A stretch of 64,000 bases of DNA from the human T2T-CHM13v2.0 reference genome, Homo sapiens. A program made the position numbers and the translations under genes. The DNA lies in the NCBI RefSeq assembly GCF_009914755.1, contig NC_060929.1, one strand, 5' to 3'. This document shows, in pieces, positions 28,449-41,049 of the stretch (the stretch's first letter is position 1; each line of letters starts with the position of its first letter). The notes beneath the pieces are model-generated. The model ran no database searches. It was not told the origin of the DNA and saw only the letters and a program-made list of their open reading frames with translations.

Positions 28449-28836
28449 ATACAATAGAACATTATTTGGCAATTAAAGGGAATTAATAGATGCTACAACA
28501 TGGATGAATCTTGACAACATTATGCTGAGTGAAAAAAACTAGTCACAAAGGACCACACATTGTTTGGTTCCATTTATATGAAATATCTAGAATAGACAAA
28601 TCTATAGAGGCAGAAAGTAGATTACTGGTTGCCCAAGGCTGGAAATGATGGAGGGCTGGGCATGTGGGTGATGACTCAGAATAAGGGGTTTCTTTTAAAA
28701 GTGATGAAAATTACCTAAAATTGGTTGTGGTGATGAATGAACAATTTTGTGAATATACTAAAGCCACAGGATTATTATACTCTTAAATGGGTGAACTATC
28801 AGTATGACAATTGTATTTCAATAAAACTTTTTAAAA
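28449..28836 (+). mobile_element. 5'-truncated L1MB 3' end
   Basis: acaacatggatgaatcttgacaacattatgctgagtgaaa...tagacaaatctatagaggcagaaagtagatt...caataaa. Degenerate TSD aagt(a/g)gaa..gagag. Confidence 0.9.
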
Positions 28837-29032
28837 AGTGGAAAAAAAGAGAGGCAGAAAAAGAAAAAGCAGTGACAATTTGACATGTCAATTGATGGCC
28901 TTAAAGACAGAAGGGGGCCACAGACTAAGGAAGGCCAGCTACCTCAAGAACCTGAGAAACAGCAAGGCAGTGAAGTCTGTCCTAGTGCCTCCAGAGAGAT
29001 GCAGCCCTGCTGATGTCTTAAGTTTAGCTCCC

Positions 29033-29384
29033 TGATATAGTTTGGCTCTATGTCCCCACCCAAATCTCATCTCAAATTGTAATCCCCATGTGTCAAGGGA
29101 GGGAGGTGACTGGATCATGGGTACGGTTTCCCCCATGCTGTTCCCATGATAGTGAGTGAGTTCTCATGAGATCTGATGGTTTTATAAGGGGCTCTTCCCC
29201 CTTTGCTCACTCCTTTCTCTCCTGCTGTCTTGTGAAAAAGGTGCTTGCTTCCCCTTCTGCCTTGATTGTAAGTTTCCTGAGGCCTCCCCAGCCATGCAGA
29301 ACTGTAAGTCAATTAAATCTCTTTCCTTTATAACTTACCCAGTCTTGGGCATTTCTTTATATAATGTGAAAACAGACTAATACA
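29033..29384 (+). mobile_element. MaLR solo LTR (THE1D-like)
   Basis: tgatatagtttggctctatgtccccacccaaatctcatctc...aacagactaataca. TSD ctccc/ctcct. Confidence 0.95.
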
Positions 29385-29631
29385 CTCCTCGAAACTCATT
29401 TTGGACTTCTGATCTCCAGAACTGTAGAGAATATATTCGTAATGTTTTGAGCCGCTAAGTTTATAGTAATTTTTTTGTAGCATCATAGAAAATGACATTT
29501 CTCGCACCGTTTTTCCTTTCGAATTGTGTGCTCTGTACATACATTACCTACTCAAAATTTAAATGAAAACAAAACAACCTATTCAGGCAATGATTCAATG
29601 TCATCTGGCAAAAATTTTAAATACCTGTAAC

Positions 29632-29968
29632 ATTGCTGTTCAACAGAAATACAGTCGAAGCCACAAATGTGCATGATATATTGTAATTTTATATTTTCTA
29701 GCAGCCAAATATTTCAAAAAATAAAAAGAAACAGGTGAAATTAATTTTAGAAATAAATTTTGTTTAACCTATCTAAAATATTCCCACATATAATCAATAT
29801 AAAAATTATTATTTTACATTTTTTTCTCATGCTACATCTTTGAAATCTAGCATGTATTTTACATTTATAGTACATTTCCACTAGAGTACAATCATGGCGG
29901 AAGGGGAAGCACCACATTGGAAGTGCTCAGTAGCCACATATGGCTAAGGGCTACTATATTAAACAACA
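29632..29968. mobile_element. MER33 (hAT-Charlie)
   Basis: ctgttcaacagaaat...taaaaagaaacaggtgaaattaatttt...aagtgctcagtagccacatatggcta. Confidence 0.85.
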
Positions 29969-30540
29969 AATATTTAAACATCCAGCAGGAGTGAGGGGTA
30001 GGGAAAGGGGCACTTAAAAAAACAATTCAGTGAGAATGGGAACTGCTAAAACTTTTTTGGAAAGGCACTTTCTAGTACTATTTGAAATATATATCATTTT
30101 AACTTAGAAATCCATCTTAGAGATTCATGCTACATCATTATACAAGGATGCAGCTACAAAAATATTTATTGCTCAAAAGGCAAAACACTGGATACAACCT
30201 AGATAATCACAAATATGTTACAGGCACACCATGGATGTTATGTAGGTGTCACAGAAAATGAGCTGGAGCTTTATGTAATGACTATAGAATATTGACCATG
30301 TCCAGGGTATGCCGCTATGTGAGAAAAGCTTAGGTGAGAAGTGTTTTTTGTATATTTTTTTGGGAAAAAGCCAATTAAGATATAGATATACAGAGAATTA
30401 TTCACACCAAACTTAATATTGGTTACTCTGTGAAGTAGTGTTGAGGTGTTATAAATACTATTGTTGACTTTCTCCTTATAGACATTTTGTTGTGTATTTC
30501 TTTGTAGCTTATAAAGAAAGTCAACATATACATGTGATAT

Positions 30541-30927
30541 TGATATGGTTTGAATATTTGTCTCTTCCAAATCTTATGTTGAAATGAGATCCCCAGTGTT
30601 AGAGGTGGGGCCTAGTGGGAGGTGTTTGGGTCATGATCATGGATCCCTCATGAACAGCTTGGTGCCCTAGGAAATGAGTGAGTTCTCACTCTGAGTTCAC
30701 ATGAGAGCTGATTGTTTAAAAGAGCCTAGCACCTCCTCCTCTCTTGCTCTTTCTCTCACCATAGGACACACTGCCCCACTTCATTTTCCGCCACGATTGT
30801 AGGCTTCCTGAGGCCTCACCAGAAGTAGACGCCAGTGCCACGCTTGTACAGCCTGCAGAACTGTGAGCTAATGAAAGCTCTTTTCTTTATAAATTACATT
30901 TATAGCAGCACAAAACAGACTGACACA
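30541..30927 (+). mobile_element. MaLR solo LTR (MSTB1-like)
   Basis: tgatatggtttgaatatttgtc...gcttcctgaggcctcaccagaag...aaacagactgacaca. Confidence 0.92.
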
Positions 30928-31533
30928 TGTGTATATTATATATATTATGTATATTATATACACACACATATATATACACATGTATGTGTATCGATACTTA
31001 GGAGACACCCCAATGGTTACACCATCGGCAAATCATCAGTGACCACATCAAACACCTCTCCCCAACAATAACCTTAAATGGGACTGACCTTTCTTTGACC
31101 AGGTACTTTTTTTTTGCTAATTAGAGGGAATATCTCAAATATGTTCTATGAAACAGTACTTCTTAACATGCACACTAAATTGCTATGCCTTTAGAGTCTA
31201 TCAGTCTGTAACAGAAACCCATATATTCTGCCATTCAGAGAAACATTTCTTGTTTATCCAAGTTCACACCCCCACAATCCTACCCAATATCCAGGTAATA
31301 AAAAGAGTTTTTTAAAAGCTTGAATTTGCAGGAAAAATTAATTATGGACCAAGGAATTATCATGAACTGAATACTAAATATAAATTGAGAGTTTCCACAC
31401 ATGGATTTAAAAGGAAAAATCTCAGATGGTTTATAAAACATTTCAGACTTCAGTGTCTCTTCCACATTCAGTGTTTGGTCAGTATTATTTGTTAGACAGT
31501 GTCAGCTCTGGTTAGCATATCTGTTAGATGGTA

Positions 31534-32326
31534 TGTATTAGGCTTTCCTGCATTGCTACAAAGAAATACCTGAGGCTGGGTAATTTATAAAGAAAATATA
31601 TTTAATTGGCTCACAATTCTGCAGGCTTTATGGGAAGCATGGTGCCAACATCAGCTTCTGGTAAGGCCTCAGGATGCCTATAATCATGGCAGAAGGTGAC
31701 GGAGAGCCAGCATGTCACACGGTGAGAGCAGGAGCAAGAGAGAGAGAGGGGGAGGTGCCAGGCTGTTTAAAACAACCAGATCTCACATGAACTCACAGTG
31801 AGAACTCATTCATTATTGTGAGGACAGCATTGAGCCATTGATGAGGGATCTGCCCCCATGACCCAAACACCTCCCATGAGGCCCACCTCCAACATTGAAA
31901 TCACGTCTCTACCTGAGATTTGGAGAGGAAAAAACATCCAAACTGTATTAGTCCATTCTCACACTACTATAAAGATATGTCTGAGACTGGATAATTTACA
32001 AAGGAAAGAGGTTTAATTGAATCACAGTTCCACATAGCCGGGAAGGCCTCAGGAAACTTACAATCAAGGCAGAAGGTGAAGGGGAAGCAAGGACCTTCTT
32101 CACATGGTGACAGGGGAGAGAGAGAGCCTGAGGGGAAAATGGCCAAACTCTTTTAAAACATCAGATCTTGTGAGAACTCACTCCCCATCACAAGAACAGC
32201 ATGGGGGAAACTGCCCCCATGATCCAACCACCTCCCACCAGGTCCCTGCCTGGACACATGGGGGTTACAATTTGAGATGAGATTTGGGTGGGGACACAAC
32301 GCCAAACCATGTCACAAACCATATCA
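31534..32326 (-). mobile_element. MaLR solo LTR (MSTB) with a THE1 inserted near its terminus
   Basis: Main body 31534-31943. The last bases (catatca) are displaced to 32320-32326. Confidence 0.9.
31944..32314 (-). mobile_element. MaLR solo LTR (THE1D-like)
   Basis: tgtattagtccattctcacact...gccaaaccatgtca. Perfect 5-bp TSD caaac at 31939-31943 and 32315-32319. Confidence 0.95.
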
Positions 32327-32792
32327 GATACATAGGTGATCGTCAGCTGTTTACTAATATTAATTTATTCATAAGACATCTCTACCTTAATTACATTTCA
32401 CAAAATAATCATTTTAGAAAACTTGCTTTTTTCTTTACATCTTATAAAGTAATTTTATTCAAACCTTTTAAATCCACTTTTGATATCCCTGACTTTGTCA
32501 TTATGTAAACCAATTTGAATCATCTCACACTGTTTCTGGAGGGTGTCGTGTTCAATTCTGTCCAACTTGTTTGAGATAAATGTATGACGCTGAAACTAGA
32601 AATGTTATTGCAAGCCATAGATACCTGTTTCTGTTAACATTAGGGGAGTATCTTCACACATTTATTCTATGGGTGTGTCTACTACTTACTATTTGACTTT
32701 TCAAAGTGATCTTTAAAATATTTTCAGTGGCCTAGAACAGTTATTGCTGTGAAGTCATATTCCAAGAATAACGACCAAAACTTCTTCAACTT

Positions 32793-33133
<341 letters not shown>

Positions 33134-33398
33134 TCAGATGACCTCTCTAAGCATTCCCAAACAAGCAAATATTGAATTTGTTTCAGGTTTATATCTTACA
33201 CAAACAATAGTAAAGTCATCTATCATATGCAGACTCAACTATAAGGCCACTCTCCTTTTTGAGGGCTAATTTTAGGGGGAAATATGTGCTTCATATATTT
33301 AGGAACATACATTCCAGAGCAACTTAAGATTCTAGCTGGCGTACAGGAAATGTACATTCACATTGTTCCTGAAGCTAAAACACGTTCTTCACAGGACA

Positions 33399-33922
33399 TG
33401 TGGCAGATTGTATTTTCCAAAGATGACTGCACCAATATATTACATTCCACCTGCTCTTCTTAAGATGTGATGTTGACACTCCCCCATTGAGAAGTGGGGG
33501 GCTTATATTCCCTTCCTTTGAATCTAAGCAGGCCTGTGACTATGAAGAAAATGGCACTATATAATTTTTAAGGCTAAGTTATAAAGATGAGTTCCAGCCT
33601 GGGACACTTGCCCTTGGAACCCAGCCATCATGTCGTGAGCACACCAGGCAACCACACGGAGAGTCCACATGTAGGTGTTCTGATTGACAAGCCCCACTAA
33701 AGTCCCTCCAACAACCAGCATCAACCTCCAGACATGTGATGTATGAGCCTGCAGATGATTCCAGCCCCCAGTTTTTAAGCCGCCCAGTTGATACCGAGTG
33801 GAGCAGAAATGAGCTGTCCCCACCAACCCCTGCCCAAATTGCATATTCGTGAGCAAAATAAATGTTGTTTTAAGCCTCTAAATTTTGAGGTGATTTGTCA
33901 TGCAGCCATAGATAACCAGACA
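33399..33922 (+). mobile_element. MaLR solo LTR (MLT1G/H-like)
   Basis: tgtggcagattgtattttccaaagatg...gatgattccagccccc...gttttaagcctctaaattttgaggtgatttgtcatgcagccatagataac. Confidence 0.88.
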
Positions 33923-34442
33923 CCACAGGTTTTTTGCAACTTGCATATGCAAAAGTTATTTTTACAGACTTAAATGAAAGACCTTTTAGTTATTTCTGAT
34001 AATGTTCATCTTAGTAGTTTTAGGATGAAAACTGTTGAGATTATGGGAAGTTTTTATAGTCATCTAATATATTACTTCTCTAGTTTGTATTTTTTGTAGA
34101 TGTTACATATTTAGAAAGCATGTTAGGCATTCATACTATGTGGGCAGAAGCCTAAATTGGGGCACTCTTTCTGGAAGGCAATTCATGCTCCCCCCAAAAA
34201 GTGCAAAAAACATTAAAAATGTATATGTCTTATGTCCAATAAATTCTGCTTCAGGAATTTATCTTGAGAAAATGCAATGGATATGTGCAAAGAATAGCTC
34301 TAAGGATATTTGGATTATTTTTTTAAATATTGGAAATAATCTAAATATTAACATAGAATTAGACAACAAATTATGGAATATTAGTTAGCCACAAAAGATG
34401 TAGAAGATGAAGATTTACTAACGTGGAAACAGGGTGAAAATA

Positions 34443-34782
34443 GAGTGGTCCCTCCATATCCACAGGGGATTAGTTCTAGGACCCACCAGGAATACCAAAA
34501 TCCTTGCATGTTCAAGTCTCTAATATAAAATAGTGCAGTATTTGCATATAATTTGTACACATCCACCCCTATTCTTTCAACCATCTGTAGATTGCTTATA
34601 ATACCTAACATAATGTAAACTCTATGTAAATAGTTGTTACCCAGTATTGTTTAGGGAATGACAAGAAAAAAAGTCTATACATGTTCAATATAGACACAAC
34701 AATTGTAGGCCTAGCTACATTTTCAATCCTTTTGTTGCTTAAATCTGTGGATGTGGAACCCATGTGCACAAAAAGCTGACTG
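34443..34782. mobile_element. MER2 (TcMar-Tigger) MITE inside a degraded L1ME fragment
   Basis: Collinear with the 11087-11416 copy (aaaatagtgcagtatttgcatata...ataatacctaa...gacaagaaaaaaagtctatacatgttc). Confidence 0.88.
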
Positions 34783-35024
34783 TGTATTATTAAGTGAAAA
34801 AACTAAAACTGCTTATAGAAAAATATAAATTATAATTCCATATTCACAATACTAAGTATGTATAAACATATTAATATACACAAAGATCTAGAAGGATATA
34901 CATTAAGGTTCTTAAAAGGGGTTAAAGTTGGGAGGATTATGGAGCTTGTTATTTTCTTCCTTCTTTATCCCTACCTCCCCACCTTCATTTTTTTATTTTT
35001 GGCTTTTCACTACCTTCCACTCAA

Positions 35025-35309
35025 TTTTTTTTTTTTAGACACTCAGGCTGGAGTGCAGTGATACAATCACAGCTCACTGCAGTCTTGACCACCAGGCTCA
35101 AGTGATCCTCCCACCTCAGCTTCCTGAGTAGCTAGGACCACAGGCAGGTGCCACCACACCCAGCTAATTTATTTTTTATTTTACTTTTTTGTAGAGGCAT
35201 GATCTTACTATGTTGCCCAGGCTGGTCTTAAACTCCTGGGCTAAAGTGATCTCCCTGCCTTGGCCTCCCAAAGTGCTAGGATTACAGGTGTGAGCCACTG
35301 CACCTGGCT
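35025..35309 (-). mobile_element. AluJ SINE
   Basis: Antisense dimer with J diagnostics (cacagctcactgcag; ctatgttgcccaggctgg...ctcctgggct). Confidence 0.93.
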
Positions 35310-35384
35310 TCATTTTTAATAAAGTTACTTTGCTTTTTATAATTAAAAGAACATTAAAATAACTTTAAAACATTTTTATAGCAA

Positions 35385-35898
35385 TGTGTTAGTCAAGGCT
35401 TTCCAGAAAAAATAGAACCAAATGATATGTATTTATATATTCTTAGAGAAAAAGAGAGAGAGTATAATGAATTGGCTTGTGTGGGTATAGAAGCTGACAA
35501 GTGTCAAGATCTGCTGGGTGAGTCAGCAAGTTAAAGTCTCAGGAGAGCGAATGATATCATTCCAATCCAAAGGCCAGAAGGCTTATGACCCAGGAAGGGC
35601 TGATGCTTCAGTTCAAGACTGAAGGCAGGAAAAAGGTGATGTCCCAATTTGAAGGCAGTCAGGAAGAAGAATTCTCTCTTACTCAGGGGAAGGTCAGACT
35701 TTTTGTTCTATTTAGACCTCCAACTGATTGGATATAGCCTACTCATATTAAGGAAGGCAATCTGCTTTAGTTAGTCTATGGACTTAAACATTAACCTCAT
35801 TCAAAAACACCCACCCTGAAATACCCAGAAAAATGTTTGATCAAATATCTGGGCACTCTGTGGCCCAGTTAAGTTGACACATAAAATTAGCCATCACA
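35385..35898 (-). mobile_element. ERVL solo LTR (MLT2B-like)
   Basis: tgtgttagtcaagg.tt.ccagaaaaa.tagaacca...ggcccagttaagttgacacataaaattagccatcaca. Confidence 0.92.
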
Positions 35899-36610
35899 AA
35901 CAAGAAAACAAAAAGCTATGTAAACCCCATTGAAAAAATCAAGAGAAATCAAGAGAAAAAAAAGAGATTCTTTTTGGATCAAATCTTTTTTGAACCTCTG
36001 ACATCACTTGTTAAGTCAAGCTATTTTCATTTTTGTTTTAGAACATCATTTTATTGTATATGCAATACGGTCTGTATATACTGGGGATGAGCAAAAGAAT
36101 ATGTACATTGTTTCCATCCCCCTCATTTTGATTGTATTCATAATTTGTATTTTGGGAGCTTTCCCTAAAAGTTCCCAAAACAGTGCCTGACTGGTCTGCA
36201 TTGTGAAGAGTGCACACCTTCTTCTTGTGTACTCCCATGGCCCTGGTGCTGACCTCTGTCACAGCATTTAACCTCATCATACTGATTCACATGTTTGGGC
36301 TCATCTGATTGTGAACAACCCCAGCCAGAGAATGGGACTCAGCACAGAAGCTGTGCTCAATTAACATGTCGAATGGGAATAAAACGTTTTTATCCAAATA
36401 ATTGATGAAACTATTCAAGCAGGCAGCACTGAGTATTGAGCCCTGTCTTGCATCACAAAACACTTCTCTCCTATTTTACAACTATTCTTACAATCAACTG
36501 CCTTTGAGCAAGATTTTTCAGTTAGATAATGGACAATATTTCAAAGTTTTAAAATGCAAAATGCAGACTATTATAATCATGAAGCTATCAACTGGCACCA
36601 CTATCTAGCC

Positions 36611-36769
36611 CAGTGTTTTCCAAACTGCAGGGTTGCAACTGATTAATAGGTTGTGAAATCAGTTGAGTGGGTTGTTAGTAGCCTTAAAAAATGTACAGAA
36701 AATATAAAAGGGCTGCTCATGTGTTAATTACAAGTATTGTTTCAGGAAACTTTCATTGCAGAGGTATAC

Positions 36770-36805
<36 letters not shown>

Positions 36806-36878
36806 TCTGAGTCATAATGTAAAATGTACTCATATACTTTTTACTGTGGTTGGAATCTAAAACGTTTGAATGCCATTG
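36611..36878. mobile_element. hAT-Charlie-type MITE containing a (TG)n tract (36773-36803)
   Basis: Degenerate TIRs cagtgttttccaaac...gtttgaatgccattg. Family not resolved. Confidence 0.55.
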
Positions 36879-38196
36879 ATCTGGCCCATATTTTTCACAG
36901 CAGACAGATGTCTTTCTAAAATTAAGATAAAGCCAGGGCCAGCTTCATGGGTGTGATACCTGTTCCATCGATCAGTGCAGTTGCACAAGGCTCTGCACTT
37001 GCAAGGGCCCACACTTGGTTTAATGCTCTTCTGTCACCACTGTAGGATTCTTAATAATTCTATCTGAGTATTTATGTGAGCAGAGAAGATCTACCAGACA
37101 GCAGTGAGCACTCACAATTGCGATCCAGCAGCAGCTGTGCCAAGCACAGCAAGCTGCATGCTCCAGCAATTGGCCTGTTTGTCCAGCACATGAGTAGCCT
37201 CCAGGCAGTCCAGGGCACCGAGGGGTCAAAGGGGTTGGCTGGGGCTCGACTTAGGCCCAGATTCATGTCATCAACAGCAGCAGCAAAAGTATCTGCACAA
37301 CGGGTCACAGCCCCGGGAGAAAGGAGAAGCTTCACCTGGGGACAGGATGGGGACCCGTGACGGGAGGCTAGCTTGTCTGTCTGACCACGCCTTGCCTACA
37401 CAAATATTAACTCTTCCACTTCTTAATGCTGAAACAGGAACTGCCAGTGTGAAAGCAGTAAACTCTGAGAGTAAGTTTTTACAAAACAAAAGTGAACACA
37501 GGAACATAAAGCACATCAGGGAGTTACAGGAATTCTTCAAAGCATTTAGAATCTTTGGTTTTAAAAACTGCCACCACAACATTACAAAGCAAATCTCTAT
37601 AGAGGTTTAGCAAAGAAATAGAACAGAAATATTATAGTGTTAAATGAGAAAAACAAACAAGCAAACAAACCAACCAGCCACTATTTTCACATGACACTTT
37701 AGATGAACCAATTATTAATGAAGAAACCAATTTTAATACTAAAAATTTCCTTGTAATTGAAGATATGGCAACAGAATGCATAAGTATGTGTTTTCATTCA
37801 TATACAAATCATGAAGTAACTTGTGGTTTCTTATACGACCTCCACAGGTTTACAGGAAATGTCAGAGGAAACGTTTAAAGGCCATTGTATAAATTTACAT
37901 ACATAATTAAATTTAAACTTACACAGAACTAATATATATGAAGAGTTAAATCATTTTAGAAAAAATATTCTAGAAAATCAGTTCCAGATGTGTTAAACAA
38001 TTTATATTTTGAAATTATCAGAAAGTGATGCTTATGTTATCATAGCCTATAAAGAACTCTTAACTCCAGTTAGTTGTATCCAGATTCTTCTTAAAATTAA
38101 AAATTATCAAAAATTCTTTTTAATCTTGAATTTGTCAAGATGACATCATTTTCAATATACTTTAAAATGAAGTTACTGAAAGTATAAATTTGATAA

Positions 38197-38574
38197 TGTA
38201 TTAGTCCATTTTCACACGGATATGAAGAACTTCCCAAGACTGGATAATTTATAAAGGAAAGAGGTTAATTGACTCACAGTTCTGAAGGGCTGGGGAGGCC
38301 TCAGGAAACTTACAATAATGGTGGAAGGGGAAGCAAATACATCCTTCTTCACATGACGGCAGGAAAGTGAAGTGCCGAGTAAAGTGGGGAAAAGCCCCTT
38401 ATAAAACCAACAGATCTCATGAGAACTCACTCACTCTCACAAGAACAGCACTGGGGGTCCACCCCCATGATCTAATTATCTCCCACAAGGCCCCTCCCCC
38501 AACACGTGGGGCTTACAATTTAGATTAAAATTCAAGATGAGATTTGGGTGGGGGCACAGAGCCAGCCCATATTA
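38197..38574 (-). mobile_element. MaLR solo LTR (THE1C-like) inside the hAT element
   Basis: tgtattagtccattttcac...gccagcccatatta. TSD gataa/gatga. Confidence 0.95.
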
Positions 38575-38853
38575 GATGACTTAATAAATTTGCAAGAAAG
38601 TGAGCCAAAAACATCTTGTAAGCAGTCAAAATATTAATTTATTAAATTACCTTCTAATTCTGATTAATTTGTTGTATTTATTGATTATATAAAATTAAGG
38701 CACCAAAAATACTTTTTTCAATTTGTAAGTTTGTGTTGTTACTCATGTATCAGTTACTCCTATGTTTTGCAAGTAAAATATTTTATAGGAAAAAGCTTTA
38801 TACTTTAGAACTTTGGCAGGATTCTCCTCCCCGCCCCCTTCAATAAGCTGGTC

Positions 38854-39024
38854 TTTTTTTTTTTTTTTTTTTTTTTTGAGATAGGGTTTTACTCTGTCAC
38901 CCAGGCTGGAGTGCAGTGGTACAATAATGGCTCCCTGCAGCCTGGAACTCCTGGGCTGAAGTGATTCTCTGACTGCAGCCTCCTGAGTAGCTGGGATTAT
39001 AGTCATGAGCCACTGTGCTCGGCT
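38854..39024 (-). mobile_element. Monomeric Alu (FAM/FRAM-like) inside the hAT element
   Basis: T24 tail followed by a single ~150-bp arm ending gagccactgtgctcggc. Confidence 0.8.
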
Positions 39025-39571
39025 ATAATGACACTTCCTGTTTTTTGAATATGAGTCCTACATTTGCATTTTGCATTAAGCCCTGCAAATTGTATAGCTG
39101 GCCCTGAATACAAAATTGCATTTAAGTCAACAAATTATACTGAGTTGCTAATTTTACCCAGAAATATGCGAATTGATCAAGAAGAAACAGGATAAACAAC
39201 TTTCAAGGGCCTCATGTTCTAGGATTCTAAGTAATTTTAATATGTGGCAGGATCTAAGGATCATATAAGAAATGAAGGTTATGGGAGTGTTTAGATAGCT
39301 TAAATTAATTGTTTTATTTATGACCTCCTAGGATTATTAAGTACCTTTGTGGGATAACTCTAATATTTATCATCTAAATTCTGACTTCATCAGGAGTTTT
39401 AGGCCTGGGTCCCAGTTTCCATTCACCTGCATTCCCAGTCAATTTGCAATTGTGTGGTTGGTTGTGTCAGAAAGGACAATGCCCTTATTGAGCCCTTCTC
39501 CATTACCAATAGAATGAAGACAAATTGTAGAATAAGTTCAGATCTGGCCTATTCTATGCTTCAATAATAGG

Positions 39572-40289
39572 TGTATGATATGCTATTTGATACCCTTCCA
39601 TTTAATGTCATCAGAAGTTTGGAAGTGTCCTCAGGTCCAGTTCATGCATCACTCTAGGTCTATTCACTTTCCTTGATTTTGGCCTTGAGTGGAGCAAAAG
39701 CTTGTGCTCATGGAGCCCAGTCATTGCTGCCTCAGCCTTGACTGCAGGCTGCTTCATTGACTGCTCCCCCAGGCCTGCAAATGACTCAAGGACACACCCC
39801 AACAGCACCATACTTCAGTCCACGCTTCAAGCCTCTTGCCTCATGTTCTAGGAATTTTCTGTTGCTTCTGAGACATGAGATGCCTTGGACCCACTTGGCA
39901 TCCATGTAACCGCAACCTAAAAAGTACAGGCAAGTTAAATATCCTTTGGAACAACGTTTACCAGTGGGGCCAGGAATTAGCAGAGAAATTCTCCCTACCT
40001 TCTGTCGAATGAGGTATTCAGAGATGAAGTATCTTTGTACAGTTTTTCTGAAAACATTCTGAGACCAAGCAGTTTTCTGGGAGCTATGGGCAGCTCAGTA
40101 GGGGTTTTACTTCTAAGTGAAATGAATAAAATTGATGACTTAATACATTTGCAAGAAAGTAAGCCAAAAACATCTTGTAAGCCATCAAAATATTCTATTG
40201 ATATTAAAAATTATATTAATAGAACTTCTATTCCACTAATACATGCTTTTGGCTCAGGCTTGGCTTTTTAGGGAATGTGGGCTGAGATA
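39572..40289 (+). mobile_element. Old ERVL-type LTR (LTR33/LTR16-like)
   Basis: 3' end ggctcaggcttggctttttagggaatgtgggctgagata resembles the LTR33/16 terminus. The left boundary is uncertain. Confidence 0.55.
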
Positions 40290-40327
40290 TTAATATGCTA
40301 CAGTGGTATTTCTGACATGAACACTTC

Positions 40328-40490
40328 AGAAGCAGCATGGAAACTGACTGAAAGCAAAGACTCAAGCCAGATTGCTTGCGTTTGAATCCCAGCTCTTCCA
40401 TTCAGCCCCTGTGTGACATGGAGTCCGTCACTCATTCTCCTTTTCTCCGTTTCAATTACCTCACATAAATACATTATACCTTCTTCAATT
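40328..40490 (+). mobile_element. MIR SINE
   Basis: agcagcatgg...agccagattgc..g.tttgaatcccagctcttcca...tgtgtgac. Confidence 0.7.
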
Positions 40491-41049
40491 TGTGTCACAG
40501 GCTTGTCTAAGCATTCTCATGTATTTACTCTCACTTTTGAGAATTAAGTATATAATTCTGAGAGACGTGACAGAGAAGATGAAAAGGTAATTAAAATTAA
40601 ACAATGAAAAGATGTTGAATTCCCAAGTGGTTGGAAATTCCAGCACTAAGTCGTTAATAGTGATTTCATCTACTTCCTGCCTACCTGAGCCACATTCAGC
40701 TCCTTGTTCTCCATCCTCATTCTAACCCCCTTTTGCAATCTGCTCATGTCTCTTCTACCTTGAGCACTCTTTCCTCCAATATACTTGCCTCCTTTCTCCC
40801 TAGCCCTACACATTGCCAAACTCCTTTTTATTGCACAGATCTCTGTTTATATATCACTTGGGAACTCTCCTAATCTCCAGAATCAGGAGGCAGTCCCCTT
40901 GCACATATTCCCATTGTAACCAACATATTTCTTACTTCTCTATCAGAAAAGCCAGCTCACTGTATTTTTTGTTTATTATTGAATCTCAACATAATTTTTA
41001 GTTCTTGGCCCACAGTAGGTGTTCAATAAAAACTGATAAGTTATAGCTT

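Larger units (their letters stand above)
28246..29497 (+). mobile_element. MaLR solo LTR (MLT1D-like), interrupted by L1MB and THE1
   Basis: Three collinear MLT1 pieces at about 28246-28448, 28837-29032 and 29385-29497. Confidence 0.85.
36934..39106 (+). mobile_element. Long hAT-Tip100 element (MER45R/Zaphod-derived) with transposase pseudogene remnants
   Basis: Perfect 11-bp TIRs cagggccagct...agctggccctg and MER45-type subterminal sequences. Internal frames resemble hAT transposase (VNSESKFLQNK..IKHIRELQEFFKAFRIFGF; later IAYKELLTP..LKLKIIKN..INFDDLIN). Confidence 0.85.
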
